A stretch of DNA of 56,663 nucleotides. Origin: a virus (Duplodnaviria; Caudoviricetes). The stretch is from the IMG/VR virus record IMGVR_UViG_3300036792_000179, positions 1 to 56,663 of that record. One strand, given 5' to 3'. Below are positions 16,333-23,962 of the stretch, piece by piece. The notes under the pieces are model-generated. The model saw only the letters and a list, made by a program, of their open reading frames with translations, did not search any database and was not told the origin of the DNA. Numbering within the stretch: position 1 is the stretch's first letter; the number at the start of each line of letters is the position of its first letter. The translations under genes were made by a program, and so were the position numbers.

Positions 16333-16493
16333 GGCGAACGGTCTTCAAGGTGTTCTGGACTCATCCGACGCTCGATGGCGAACGCTGCGGCGCAGACAGC
16401 GACTGGTCCGATCGAGAGAGCGCAGATCACGCAGCTCAGGTCATTCGTGACGCAGGCGGGCGTGATGTCGTGGTCAAGAGGTGGGACCGATGA
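16329..16493 (+). CDS. Small hypothetical protein (54 aa)
   Basis: ATGA coupling at both ends; RBS. Confidence 0.55.
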   Translation: MRRTVFKVFWTHPTLDGERCGADSDWSDRESADHAAQVIRDAGGRDVVVKRWDR

Positions 16494-16666
16494 GTGAGCA
16501 TGACAGCACGGAGCGGAAGAAGAGAGAACGCTTCAAGTGCCCGAAGGGACGATGTGATCAGCAGCGGCCGTGCGCACATTTCTGTTGGTGGAACGCCTCG
16601 CCGCAGGCGGTCGCGCAGATGGCCGAGGTTCACCGCACTCGCCGTCCGGAGGCCCGTCATGTCTGA
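16490..16666 (+). CDS. Small Cys-rich protein (MSEHDSTER...)
   Basis: Coupled; shared 5' motif. Confidence 0.55.
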   Translation: MSEHDSTERKKRERFKCPKGRCDQQRPCAHFCWWNASPQAVAQMAEVHRTRRPEARHV

Positions 16667-16835
16667 CAGCACGAAGGGCCGAGCGCCCAAATATGCGTGG
16701 CGTCAGAACAAGGAACGGGAGGCCTCGCTGTTGCGGAAGGGGCCACGGCTAACGCCCGCAGAGCGGTTGGAACTGGAGTCGATCGAACGCTGGCTGAGGG
16801 ATCACGACGAACCTACACCGAGGAGCGCACGATGA
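16659..16835 (+). CDS. Small hypothetical protein (MSDSTKGR...)
   Basis: RBS GGAGG; shared 5' motif. Confidence 0.55.
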   Translation: MSDSTKGRAPKYAWRQNKEREASLLRKGPRLTPAERLELESIERWLRDHDEPTPRSAR

Positions 16836-17107
16836 CCGACAGCACGGAGCGCCAGCCGCTGACGGGAACACGCATCGCAGACGGTGCGATTCGCACCGAT
16901 CAAACTCCTGGCACCTACGGCCGGGTGCAGCGCGACGGTGACTGGATCTGGATGGCGCGTACCCCAAACGGGCTGCTCGCAGACCTAGTTGAGCACGAGG
17001 TAATCGAGCACGCGGATGGCACGATCACCGTAAAGAATTCGGTGTGGTCGAGGGCGACGAGCACTGGCATGGCTATCTCGAATGCGGCGTTTGGAGGTGG
17101 GCTGTGA
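16832..17107 (+). pseudogene. DUF6527-like gene with an apparent frameshift near 17044
   Basis: HEVIEHADGTITV in one frame; the expected WHGYLECGVWR lies in another frame. Confidence 0.55.
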
Positions 17108-17382
17108 GCCGCGACGCCTATTTCAAGCCGGGGCTGTGCGTGCACGGCCTCGCTGGCGGCTGCCCCGACTGCGTGCCGACGTTCGCCGACAGCAACGACC
17201 CGCTCCAAGGCGCTCCCACAGCGTGGGTGCGCGAGAAGCGCGAAGAGGGATGGGTCGTCGTGCACCGCCAAAACGCCGATGGCACGCTCGGCTGCGCAAC
17301 GTGGCACTTCACGCGCTGGGGCGCACGGCGCGCTGCGCGGCTGTTCGAGCGCACCGGCAAGACGCGAGGGTTCAAGCCGTGA
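17104..17382 (+). CDS. Hypothetical protein
   Basis: RBS GGAGG; GTGA coupling; CVHG...CPDC. Confidence 0.6.
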   Translation: MSRDAYFKPGLCVHGLAGGCPDCVPTFADSNDPLQGAPTAWVREKREEGWVVVHRQNADGTLGCATWHFTRWGARRAARLFERTGKTRGFKP

Positions 17383-17615
17383 CTGACCACGACAAGACAG
17401 CAGTAGAAGCGGCGGCAGCCGTTCTTCGCCAGCGTCTGAGCGAGATCGAGTGGGGCTCCAAGAGTGTCTTCCGTGCAGCTCAGGACGCCTACAACAAAGC
17501 CCTCGCTGAGGCGGAGGCGAATTGCTGCCCCGACTGCGGAAGCACAGAGCAAGTAATCGTCCACGACAGCGACTGCCCCCGTGTGCTCGCTCGGCGACTT
17601 CCGGGAGACGAATAG
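17379..17615 (+). CDS. Small zinc-finger protein
   Basis: CPDCG...HDSDCP. Confidence 0.6.
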   Translation: MTDHDKTAVEAAAAVLRQRLSEIEWGSKSVFRAAQDAYNKALAEAEANCCPDCGSTEQVIVHDSDCPRVLARRLPGDE

Positions 17616-18422
17616 ATGGCCGACCAACGACAGGTTCAACCCGAACAGGGTATGTGCCCGCACTGCTGCGAGCCGGGCATTGCGAATATTCCCTGCAACT
17701 GCGAAGGCGCAAGACGGGCGCGACAGGTTCAACCCGTCAACCCATCGGGGGAGCGGGAGCTAATCGACACTTTGCGTCAAGCGCTTGGATTCGCGCGCTC
17801 GGCGCTCAGGTCGGGTGAGTATCACGCGGCGGATCACCCGATGCTCGTGGACGCGCTTGAGCGCGCCAAGCAGTTTCTCGCCGCCCCCGAGCAAGCACGA
17901 GGCTCCAGCTCCCTAGCAGTCGAACGCGAGGTGCAGGCGTGGCTGGAATGGACGCCGCCAGAGGTCCCTGACAAGCGCGAGGTGCACAGACACGGCTTCG
18001 ATGCCGGAGTCGCTTTCGCCGCCCCCTCCACAGGAGCAGGGGAGGCCTTTGAAGACGCCGAGAGCGGTATTAAATGGAAGGTGCTTCAGTCCACAGGAGG
18101 GATGAGTCTTGATGAACTGACAGAGTTCATCACACAAGCGATCACGGCCCCAAATTCGCAATCACAAACCAAGCGCAAGTTTAGAAAGTACGCGCGCCGG
18201 GCTGCTTATGCATTGCGGGATGCGGGCCTGCTTCACGCACACGCAACAGGAGGGCCCGAGCGGGAGGCGCTGAGCGCTGCTGCGATCGAGCGCGCCTACG
18301 TTGAGGCGGGACGCCAGGGGCTAATCACATTTCCCGTTTCGGCCGAGTCTGAGCGCATTGACGCCAAGCGCGTTGAGGCCGTCGTTGCTGCCGCCCTCGC
18401 CTCTCAGGAGTCGAGCCAGTGA
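17616..18422 (+). CDS. Mosaic hypothetical protein
   Basis: Internal repeats RQVQP x2 and (S/A)TG(A/G) x3. Confidence 0.6.
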   Translation: MADQRQVQPEQGMCPHCCEPGIANIPCNCEGARRARQVQPVNPSGERELIDTLRQALGFARSALRSGEYHAADHPMLVDALERAKQFLAAPEQARGSSSLAVEREVQAWLEWTPPEVPDKREVHRHGFDAGVAFAAPSTGAGEAFEDAESGIKWKVLQSTGGMSLDELTEFITQAITAPNSQSQTKRKFRKYARRAAYALRDAGLLHAHATGGPEREALSAAAIERAYVEAGRQGLITFPVSAESERIDAKRVEAVVAAALASQESSQ

Positions 18423-18640
18423 GCGAACACATCAAGCGATCGCTCGGCGGCAGTCTGCTCCTCCTAGCAACAGCCTCAGCCGTGCTCGTTGTTCACCTGC
18501 TCTATTCGACCGAAGAGTTCTCCGAAGTAGGGATCGTGGTGATCCTGAGCTTCGCTGTGATGTTGACGCCGGTTTGGATCGTTGTCGGGGCTTGCGTTGC
18601 CCTTGCTGCTCAGCTCCTAATCGGATGGGGTAGCCAATGA
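18419..18640 (+). CDS. Two-TM membrane protein
   Basis: Two hydrophobic helices; coupled. Confidence 0.6.
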   Translation: MSEHIKRSLGGSLLLLATASAVLVVHLLYSTEEFSEVGIVVILSFAVMLTPVWIVVGACVALAAQLLIGWGSQ

Positions 18641-18915
18641 GATCAAGCTGCTGCCAAGCCGAGCTAAAGGTCTACTCCGCTGATGAGGGCACGTCGTCCT
18701 ACACATGCTGGGAATGCGGGAAGCCTTGCGATGCTGCGCCGGGACGTGATACCGAACTTCACCGTCTGTACGTAGCTCTAGAGGATTGCCACAAGTGGCT
18801 CACACGGGCTATACCGAATGTCACAGATCCCAAGCGTAAGAAACTGTTCAATACGGCAGCGAAACGAGCGGCAGTGGTTCTGGCGTCCAACTCTCCTACG
18901 GGAGATGAGCAGTGA
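18637..18915 (+). CDS. Hypothetical protein
   Basis: SSCC.A...YTCWECGKPC. Confidence 0.6.
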   Translation: MRSSCCQAELKVYSADEGTSSYTCWECGKPCDAAPGRDTELHRLYVALEDCHKWLTRAIPNVTDPKRKKLFNTAAKRAAVVLASNSPTGDEQ

Positions 18916-19379
18916 GCGATCTAGCTGCAGCCCTCCAGATAGCCATTCGCGTACACGCGGCGCAGACTGACAAGGCGGGTGCGCCATACCTTTGGCACAT
19001 CGCTCGAGTCGTCGAAGCGGTGAGCGATGAGGCCAAGGTCGTAGCGGCGCTTCACGACGCCGTAGAGGACGCTCAGGACCGGGACGCCGCTTGGACCTGG
19101 ATCACTACGGCAGACCTGTCTTCCCGCGAGAACGACGCCCTGGATCTGCTGACACGCGTGAAGGGCGAGACGTACCGGGAGTACATCAGCGACCTCATCA
19201 CGAATCCGCTCGCCCGCGAGGTCAAGCTAGCCGACCTCCGCGACAACCTCGGGCGCATCCCGCCCGAGCCGCTGTTTGCCGACGACTTTGCGTGCGTTCA
19301 ATGGGGCGACAAGTGGGCCTCCCTCAAAGCCCGCTACGAGAAGGCAGTCGAAGTCCTCGAGGGAGGTGATGCCAGATGA
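18912..19379 (+). CDS. Mesh1/SpoT-like HD hydrolase (small alarmone hydrolase-like)
   Basis: HAAQTDKAGAPYLWH..RV...AALHDAVED...VKLADLRDN. Confidence 0.85.
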   Translation: MSDLAAALQIAIRVHAAQTDKAGAPYLWHIARVVEAVSDEAKVVAALHDAVEDAQDRDAAWTWITTADLSSRENDALDLLTRVKGETYREYISDLITNPLAREVKLADLRDNLGRIPPEPLFADDFACVQWGDKWASLKARYEKAVEVLEGGDAR

Positions 19380-19882
19380 GCGAAGCTAACGGCGAGGCGC
19401 TGATCCTGCTGATGAATCGACGAGGGCTACCTGCTGCTTACGCAAAGGTCGACGAGGCTGACCTGTCGATGCTGCGTCTTTATCGTTGGTGGCGCGATGG
19501 GCGTTACGTTGCCGGCAAGCGGCTTGATGGCACCGGGAACGTTGTCAGGATGCACCGTCTGCTATTGGGGCTAACCGAGACTCGCCAACAGGCAGATCAC
19601 ATCAACCGCGATCCGCTAGACAATCGGCGGCAAAACTTGCGCGAGGTTGACCAGGCGCAGAACAACCAAAACTGCGGTTTTGATCGCCGCAATAAATCTG
19701 GCTATCGCGGTGTCCATTGGTCGTCAAGCAAGCAACGATGGATCGCGACCTGTCGGCTAGAAGGCCAGAAATACACGTTGGGCCAGTTCACGGACCCGGC
19801 CGAGGCAGGCCGAGTCGCTGCTGCATTTCGCGCCCGACGCATGCCCTATTCGGAGGACGCATTGCAAACAGCATCCACGTAA
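19376..19882 (+). CDS. HNH-AP2 homing endonuclease
   Basis: MHRLL...DHINRDPLDNRRQNLR...N..N...SGYRGV...W.A...LG.F...EA. Confidence 0.9.
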   Translation: MSEANGEALILLMNRRGLPAAYAKVDEADLSMLRLYRWWRDGRYVAGKRLDGTGNVVRMHRLLLGLTETRQQADHINRDPLDNRRQNLREVDQAQNNQNCGFDRRNKSGYRGVHWSSSKQRWIATCRLEGQKYTLGQFTDPAEAGRVAAAFRARRMPYSEDALQTAST

Positions 19883-19989
19883 CGCGGAGAGCCGCCCCCT
19901 CTGCCCGAGTAGACGGCTCCCCGCCTCCAACGAACTAGCCCTCGTAGGCGTCGTGTCCAACTTACAACCAGTGGAGGACGCGACCACCG

Positions 19990-20577
19990 ATGATCCACGA
20001 GATGAACCAACTGCTAGCTGAAATGCAACTTCTACCGCACGGGACCATCACCAACTACTCACCGACCGGAACCGCCGGTGCTGCAGACTCAAAGCTACCC
20101 ACGGGCGAGTCACGTCCACCGCACCTCTATTGGGCAAGACGCTGGGAGCTCGCAGTCGCACGAGACGAAGAGACCGAGCAGCGAGAGGGAGCGAAGGTCA
20201 CGAAGGCTCGCACGACAGTCCTCGAAGCCGCCCGAGCGGAACTGGAAGCATGGCGTCACCGCCCAGCAGACGCAAAGAGCTTCGCAGAGCCCGAGCAGAG
20301 CGAAGACGCCCGCATGATCTCAGAGGGCAAAGGCTGGCCTGTAGGGGACGTAGCGCAGAAGTTCCGCTGTACGCCTACCCGAGTGCGTCGGGTGCGGTTG
20401 AAGGCCGGCGTCTCTGTGACGAACGGGAAGGGCGCAACGCTTGCGACGGTAGACACCACCAACCAGCGAGAACACGCGCGAGAACTAGCCGAGAACGGCG
20501 CTACTGAGCGTCAGATCGAGTTCATCACGAAACTGCCGAAGACGACGGTGCGCCGGGTGCTTGGCCGCGCTGCATAA
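19990..20577 (+). CDS. Double-HTH protein, candidate late transcription activator
   Basis: Two HTH-like segments in the C-terminal half; lies just before the late promoter. Confidence 0.55.
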   Translation: MIHEMNQLLAEMQLLPHGTITNYSPTGTAGAADSKLPTGESRPPHLYWARRWELAVARDEETEQREGAKVTKARTTVLEAARAELEAWRHRPADAKSFAEPEQSEDARMISEGKGWPVGDVAQKFRCTPTRVRRVRLKAGVSVTNGKGATLATVDTTNQREHARELAENGATERQIEFITKLPKTTVRRVLGRAA

Positions 20578-20591
20578 GCTGAAAGGACGAC

Positions 20592-21023
20592 ATGAGGGAA
20601 TACGCCGTAATGGGAGATGTGGACGCTCGCGCTGTCGAGCAGCTTGCGCGCTGCGCCGAGGCAGGAGACGCATTCGGAGCAGCAATTTGCGCTGATGGGC
20701 ATGTTGGCTACAGCCAGCCAATCGGTGGCGTCGTTGCTTACCGCGACAAGATCAGCCCATCGGGAGTCGGCTATGACATCGGCTGCGGCAACAAGGCGGT
20801 GAAGACGGACATCTGGTGCGGCACGATGCACCAGACCGAGATCGCCAAGATCATGGACGAGATCGTTCGGCGCATCAGCTTCGGGATGGGGCGCAACAAT
20901 GACGAGCCGCTAGATCACCCCGTGCTCGACGACATTGCCGATGCGGCGTTCGTTCCTCAGCGCAAGCTCGCCCAACTCGCAGCCAACAGCCGCTTGACAT
21001 TCCGCCGCAGGCTTGTGGTATAA
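20592..21023 (+). pseudogene. rtcB: RtcB RNA ligase N-terminal fragment (truncated)
   Basis: ADGHVGYSQPIGGVVAY...VGYDIGCGN; ends just before the expected QLGTxGxGNH motif. Confidence 0.88.
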
Positions 21024-21024
21024 A
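20994..21024 (+). promoter_or_regulatory. Probable late promoter
   Basis: TTGACA-19 nt-TATAAA with extended TG; followed by a leader hairpin and an RBS. Confidence 0.7.
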
Positions 21025-21070
21025 GCGGACCAAGCGCGCCTATTGCGCTGCCCGCAGGAGGTTCCCCGGA

Positions 21071-21286
21071 ATGCAGCTAACTGACCGCATTCGCACACTG
21101 GCCTCCGAGTTCGGCGACGTAGACGCAGTGAGCCTGGACAGCGTTGAGCTACAGGACGCAATTGCGGTCGAGCGTGACGATGGCGTGTTCGTCGTGACGC
21201 CCTGCTGCGCTATGGACGTGAAGGCGACAGTGCGGATGAAGCCTGATCCGTCACAGATCGTTGTGAGCTTCGCAAAGGTCGTGTAG
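21071..21286 (+). CDS. Small hypothetical protein
   Basis: RBS AGGAGG. Confidence 0.6.
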   Translation: MQLTDRIRTLASEFGDVDAVSLDSVELQDAIAVERDDGVFVVTPCCAMDVKATVRMKPDPSQIVVSFAKVV

Positions 21287-21307
21287 GGCAATGGAGGAGG
21301 TTCCAGT

Positions 21308-21538
21308 TTGCAACCGAATCTCCACGCAGCCTGTCGCTGCAAACGCTGTGAAGCAGGCGAAGCACACAAGCAGCTCTCAACCTCAGAGCTGAAGATGCTT
21401 GAAATCCTCGCCAAGCGTTACCCAAGTCCCAAGCCAGGACGCAGGCTGGCGCTCTACGACGAGCCGCAAGCCAAGAAGTCCGTCAAACGCTCTCAGGTTA
21501 GACAGCCTTGGGAGCCGGTGCGGAGGATTGCGGCGTGA
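21308..21538 (+). CDS. Small hypothetical protein
   Basis: RBS GGAGGAGG; TTG start; coupled. Confidence 0.5.
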   Translation: MQPNLHAACRCKRCEAGEAHKQLSTSELKMLEILAKRYPSPKPGRRLALYDEPQAKKSVKRSQVRQPWEPVRRIAA

Positions 21539-21753
21539 GTGACCTCGCCGAGGTTCAGTCTCGTGCCCAATGGCTCTACTCAACGTTGAGTGCGTTTGCG
21601 TGGGACGGCTTGTCGTGGGATCAGGCACCTAACGACATTCGGCAGCTCTGGCGAGAACTGGCTCAAGAAGAACTTGACGCTGGCGCCACCGATGAAGCGC
21701 ACGTTTTTGTCATAGACACCGCAAGCTCTAGCCGACAAAGCGGCGCAAACTGA
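21535..21753 (+). CDS. Small hypothetical protein
   Basis: GTGA coupling; RBS GGAGG. Confidence 0.55.
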   Translation: MSDLAEVQSRAQWLYSTLSAFAWDGLSWDQAPNDIRQLWRELAQEELDAGATDEAHVFVIDTASSSRQSGAN

Positions 21754-21855
21754 GGAGGGGACGTGTTCTGGAAGCTGCTGCATCTCGCACTCAGATTGTC
21801 GGTCGGAGCAGTTCTGTGGATAGCGCTTCACGCTCTGGGCGTGTGAGCTACGGAC

Positions 21856-22137
21856 ATGATCCCAGCCACCATCCGTCGCAGAACAGCAGCCCGTCTCAGA
21901 CGTATAGCCGAGAGGCTGTATCCAAGACCCGAGGTCGCTCGCAACGCGACTGACACCGAGCGCTTCGCCGCACGACTGCAGGTCCTTCTGTATGAGGGCA
22001 AGCTTTCAACCAATGACGCACGGCGACTTGCTTGGCAGATAGCACCCGTCGACGCTGACTGGATCTGCGACCTGTTGGAGCGCTCACTTGCGGTTGAGTA
22101 TGAGCAAGCAGTCGCGGCACGGGCGGCGATGCAGTGA
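21856..22137 (+). CDS. Small protein resembling the portal C-terminal segment
   Basis: DTERFAARLQVLLYEGKLSTNDARR versus portal DTLQRAQASSFAVLGGFWTPNEARA. Confidence 0.55.
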   Translation: MIPATIRRRTAARLRRIAERLYPRPEVARNATDTERFAARLQVLLYEGKLSTNDARRLAWQIAPVDADWICDLLERSLAVEYEQAVAARAAMQ

Positions 22138-22808
22138 AGACGTGCCGTGTCTGTAAGCAGGACCGTGAGCTAGAAGGGTTTGCACGGGATAGCTCACGAC
22201 CAGATGGACTAGCAAACGTCTGTCGTACCTGTGACAACCAGCGATCTAAACGGCGTTACGAAGCGAAGGTTGGGCGACCAACCAACGGGAAACAGCGAGC
22301 GGAGTGGAAGCGGCAGCGAACATGCGTCTACTGCAGCGCACAGTACATGCCCCATCATGTACGACAGAGGTTCTGCTCGCAACGCTGCGAGGCGTCGCGC
22401 CGACAGATATGGCCTGACGAAGCCACTCGCAAGGCAAGACGTTGTGCGGCTGAGCGAACGGCAGGCGGACTATCTAGGTATCGACGTCAGCAACTGCTGC
22501 ACGGTTGGCAGCGAGCGGGAAGAGGTTGCATATTCTGCGATGGAGCCTGCGAGACGGTTGAGCACATTATTCCCGTCACGCGCGGCGGCACTAACTATGA
22601 GGGCAACCTAGCTCCGGCGTGTAGAGCCTGCAATGCGTCGAAGGGTGCGCTCTTGCTTATGGAGTGGCGTGTCTCTTCGCGACTGCGCCGACCAAGCGCA
22701 GCGGCTGGCGTGGGGGCCAAAACTTCGCAGCGTTTAGGTTACCGACCTGCGGGTTTTCGATTTCCCGCCGAGCCAGCTTTAAGCTCAGGCAACCCCAATG
22801 CCCGCTGA
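22134..22808 (+). CDS. HNH endonuclease
   Basis: CIFC...TVEHIIPVTRGG...NLAPACRACNASKG; N-terminal zinc fingers. Confidence 0.88.
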   Translation: MKTCRVCKQDRELEGFARDSSRPDGLANVCRTCDNQRSKRRYEAKVGRPTNGKQRAEWKRQRTCVYCSAQYMPHHVRQRFCSQRCEASRRQIWPDEATRKARRCAAERTAGGLSRYRRQQLLHGWQRAGRGCIFCDGACETVEHIIPVTRGGTNYEGNLAPACRACNASKGALLLMEWRVSSRLRRPSAAAGVGAKTSQRLGYRPAGFRFPAEPALSSGNPNAR

Positions 22809-23064
22809 CCCACGCGGCACGACCACAGAGCGCGGCTACGGGGCCTCTCATCTACGCGAGCGACGTAAGGTCGAGCGCGAAGTCAAGGCCGGGAACGCGT
22901 TCTGCTCGGAATGCGGAAGGTGGATCGCGCCGACTGCGAAGTGGCACCTGGCGCACGACCATCGCAACGGCGGATATGCCGGCGCAGCCCATGCGACCTG
23001 CAACATCCGTGAGCGCAACAAGCGTCATGCGCGCAAGCGTCGGCTTCGATCGAGGATGTGGTGA
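22798..23064 (+). CDS. Terminase-associated HNH-like endonuclease
   Basis: TTERGYG..H...CSECG...WHLAH...HATCN. Confidence 0.75.
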   Translation: MPADPRGTTTERGYGASHLRERRKVEREVKAGNAFCSECGRWIAPTAKWHLAHDHRNGGYAGAAHATCNIRERNKRHARKRRLRSRMW

Positions 23065-23073
23065 TTTAGGCGG

Positions 23074-23667
23074 ATGCTCGACAGCAACGGATTCGCCGAG
23101 CTGACCAAGCGTCAGCCATTCCTTTGGCATCTCATCTGGGAATCGGATGAGGCCAAGCGCGACTCGATCCTGAGCAACGGTCTCTGTCCTGGCGGCGAGT
23201 CTCGCTATGAAGGGCATTGGCGTTCGCGACCAGGCCATGTCTACATGGGCTCCGCACGAGCGGTTGAAACCAATGGCCGTCAGAGTCTCAAACACGACGC
23301 GCCAAAGCCGTGGGATCTCCTACGCATCGATGTCTCCCAGCTTGAGCCGCGATTGATTGATCCCGACGAGGACCACTTTATGACGCAGGAGTTGAAATCC
23401 GGCGTCAATGAGATCGCCGGTAAGCATGTCTGCCGCGTCTTCGGGTATCCGTTCGCGCCATCGGAGTGGATGGCGGAATGGGCGGCGTGGTTGAAAATTG
23501 GCCCGCTGCCGAGTCTCGGTGAATGGGCCGATCAGGTTGGCCTCGGTAAGCGCTCCGCCGAAACGCGCTACAGCGCGTCGCAGGGTTCCTTGAGCTACGC
23601 CGGGGTTGTGCCACCGTCCGCGTTGCAGCTGGTCGAGACAACGGTCCCGGTCTGTGGCTCCGCGTAA
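23074..23667 (+). CDS. ADP-ribosyltransferase-fold (Tpt1/KptA-like) protein
   Basis: LWH...SILSNGL...VYM...LLRID...YAGVVPPSAL pattern. Confidence 0.55.
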   Translation: MLDSNGFAELTKRQPFLWHLIWESDEAKRDSILSNGLCPGGESRYEGHWRSRPGHVYMGSARAVETNGRQSLKHDAPKPWDLLRIDVSQLEPRLIDPDEDHFMTQELKSGVNEIAGKHVCRVFGYPFAPSEWMAEWAAWLKIGPLPSLGEWADQVGLGKRSAETRYSASQGSLSYAGVVPPSALQLVETTVPVCGSA

Positions 23668-23962
23668 TTCCGACCGCGGCCCGGTCGCCGCGGCGGTTGC
23701 CAAGGATCTCGCCGAGATTCGCAAACACGACGCGGACCTAGCCGACGGCGCACTTGCCGCCTCTGCCCTCGCACTCGCTTGCGAGATCGACGGCAGCGAC
23801 AACTCCGCCACGTCCAAGAGCATGTGCGCCCGCGAGCTACGCGACACGATGGACCGTCTGTGGCAGTTGATGCCCGAGGAGGAGAATGCCGACGGCATCA
23901 ACGATCTCGAGAAGCAGCGAGAACGGAGACGAGCTAAGCGGGCAGCAGCAGCCTCGAGTTAG
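23654..23962 (+). CDS. Terminase small subunit
   Basis: ALALACEID...ARELRDTM; directly upstream of TerL. Confidence 0.75.
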   Translation: MAPRNSDRGPVAAAVAKDLAEIRKHDADLADGALAASALALACEIDGSDNSATSKSMCARELRDTMDRLWQLMPEEENADGINDLEKQRERRRAKRAAAASS

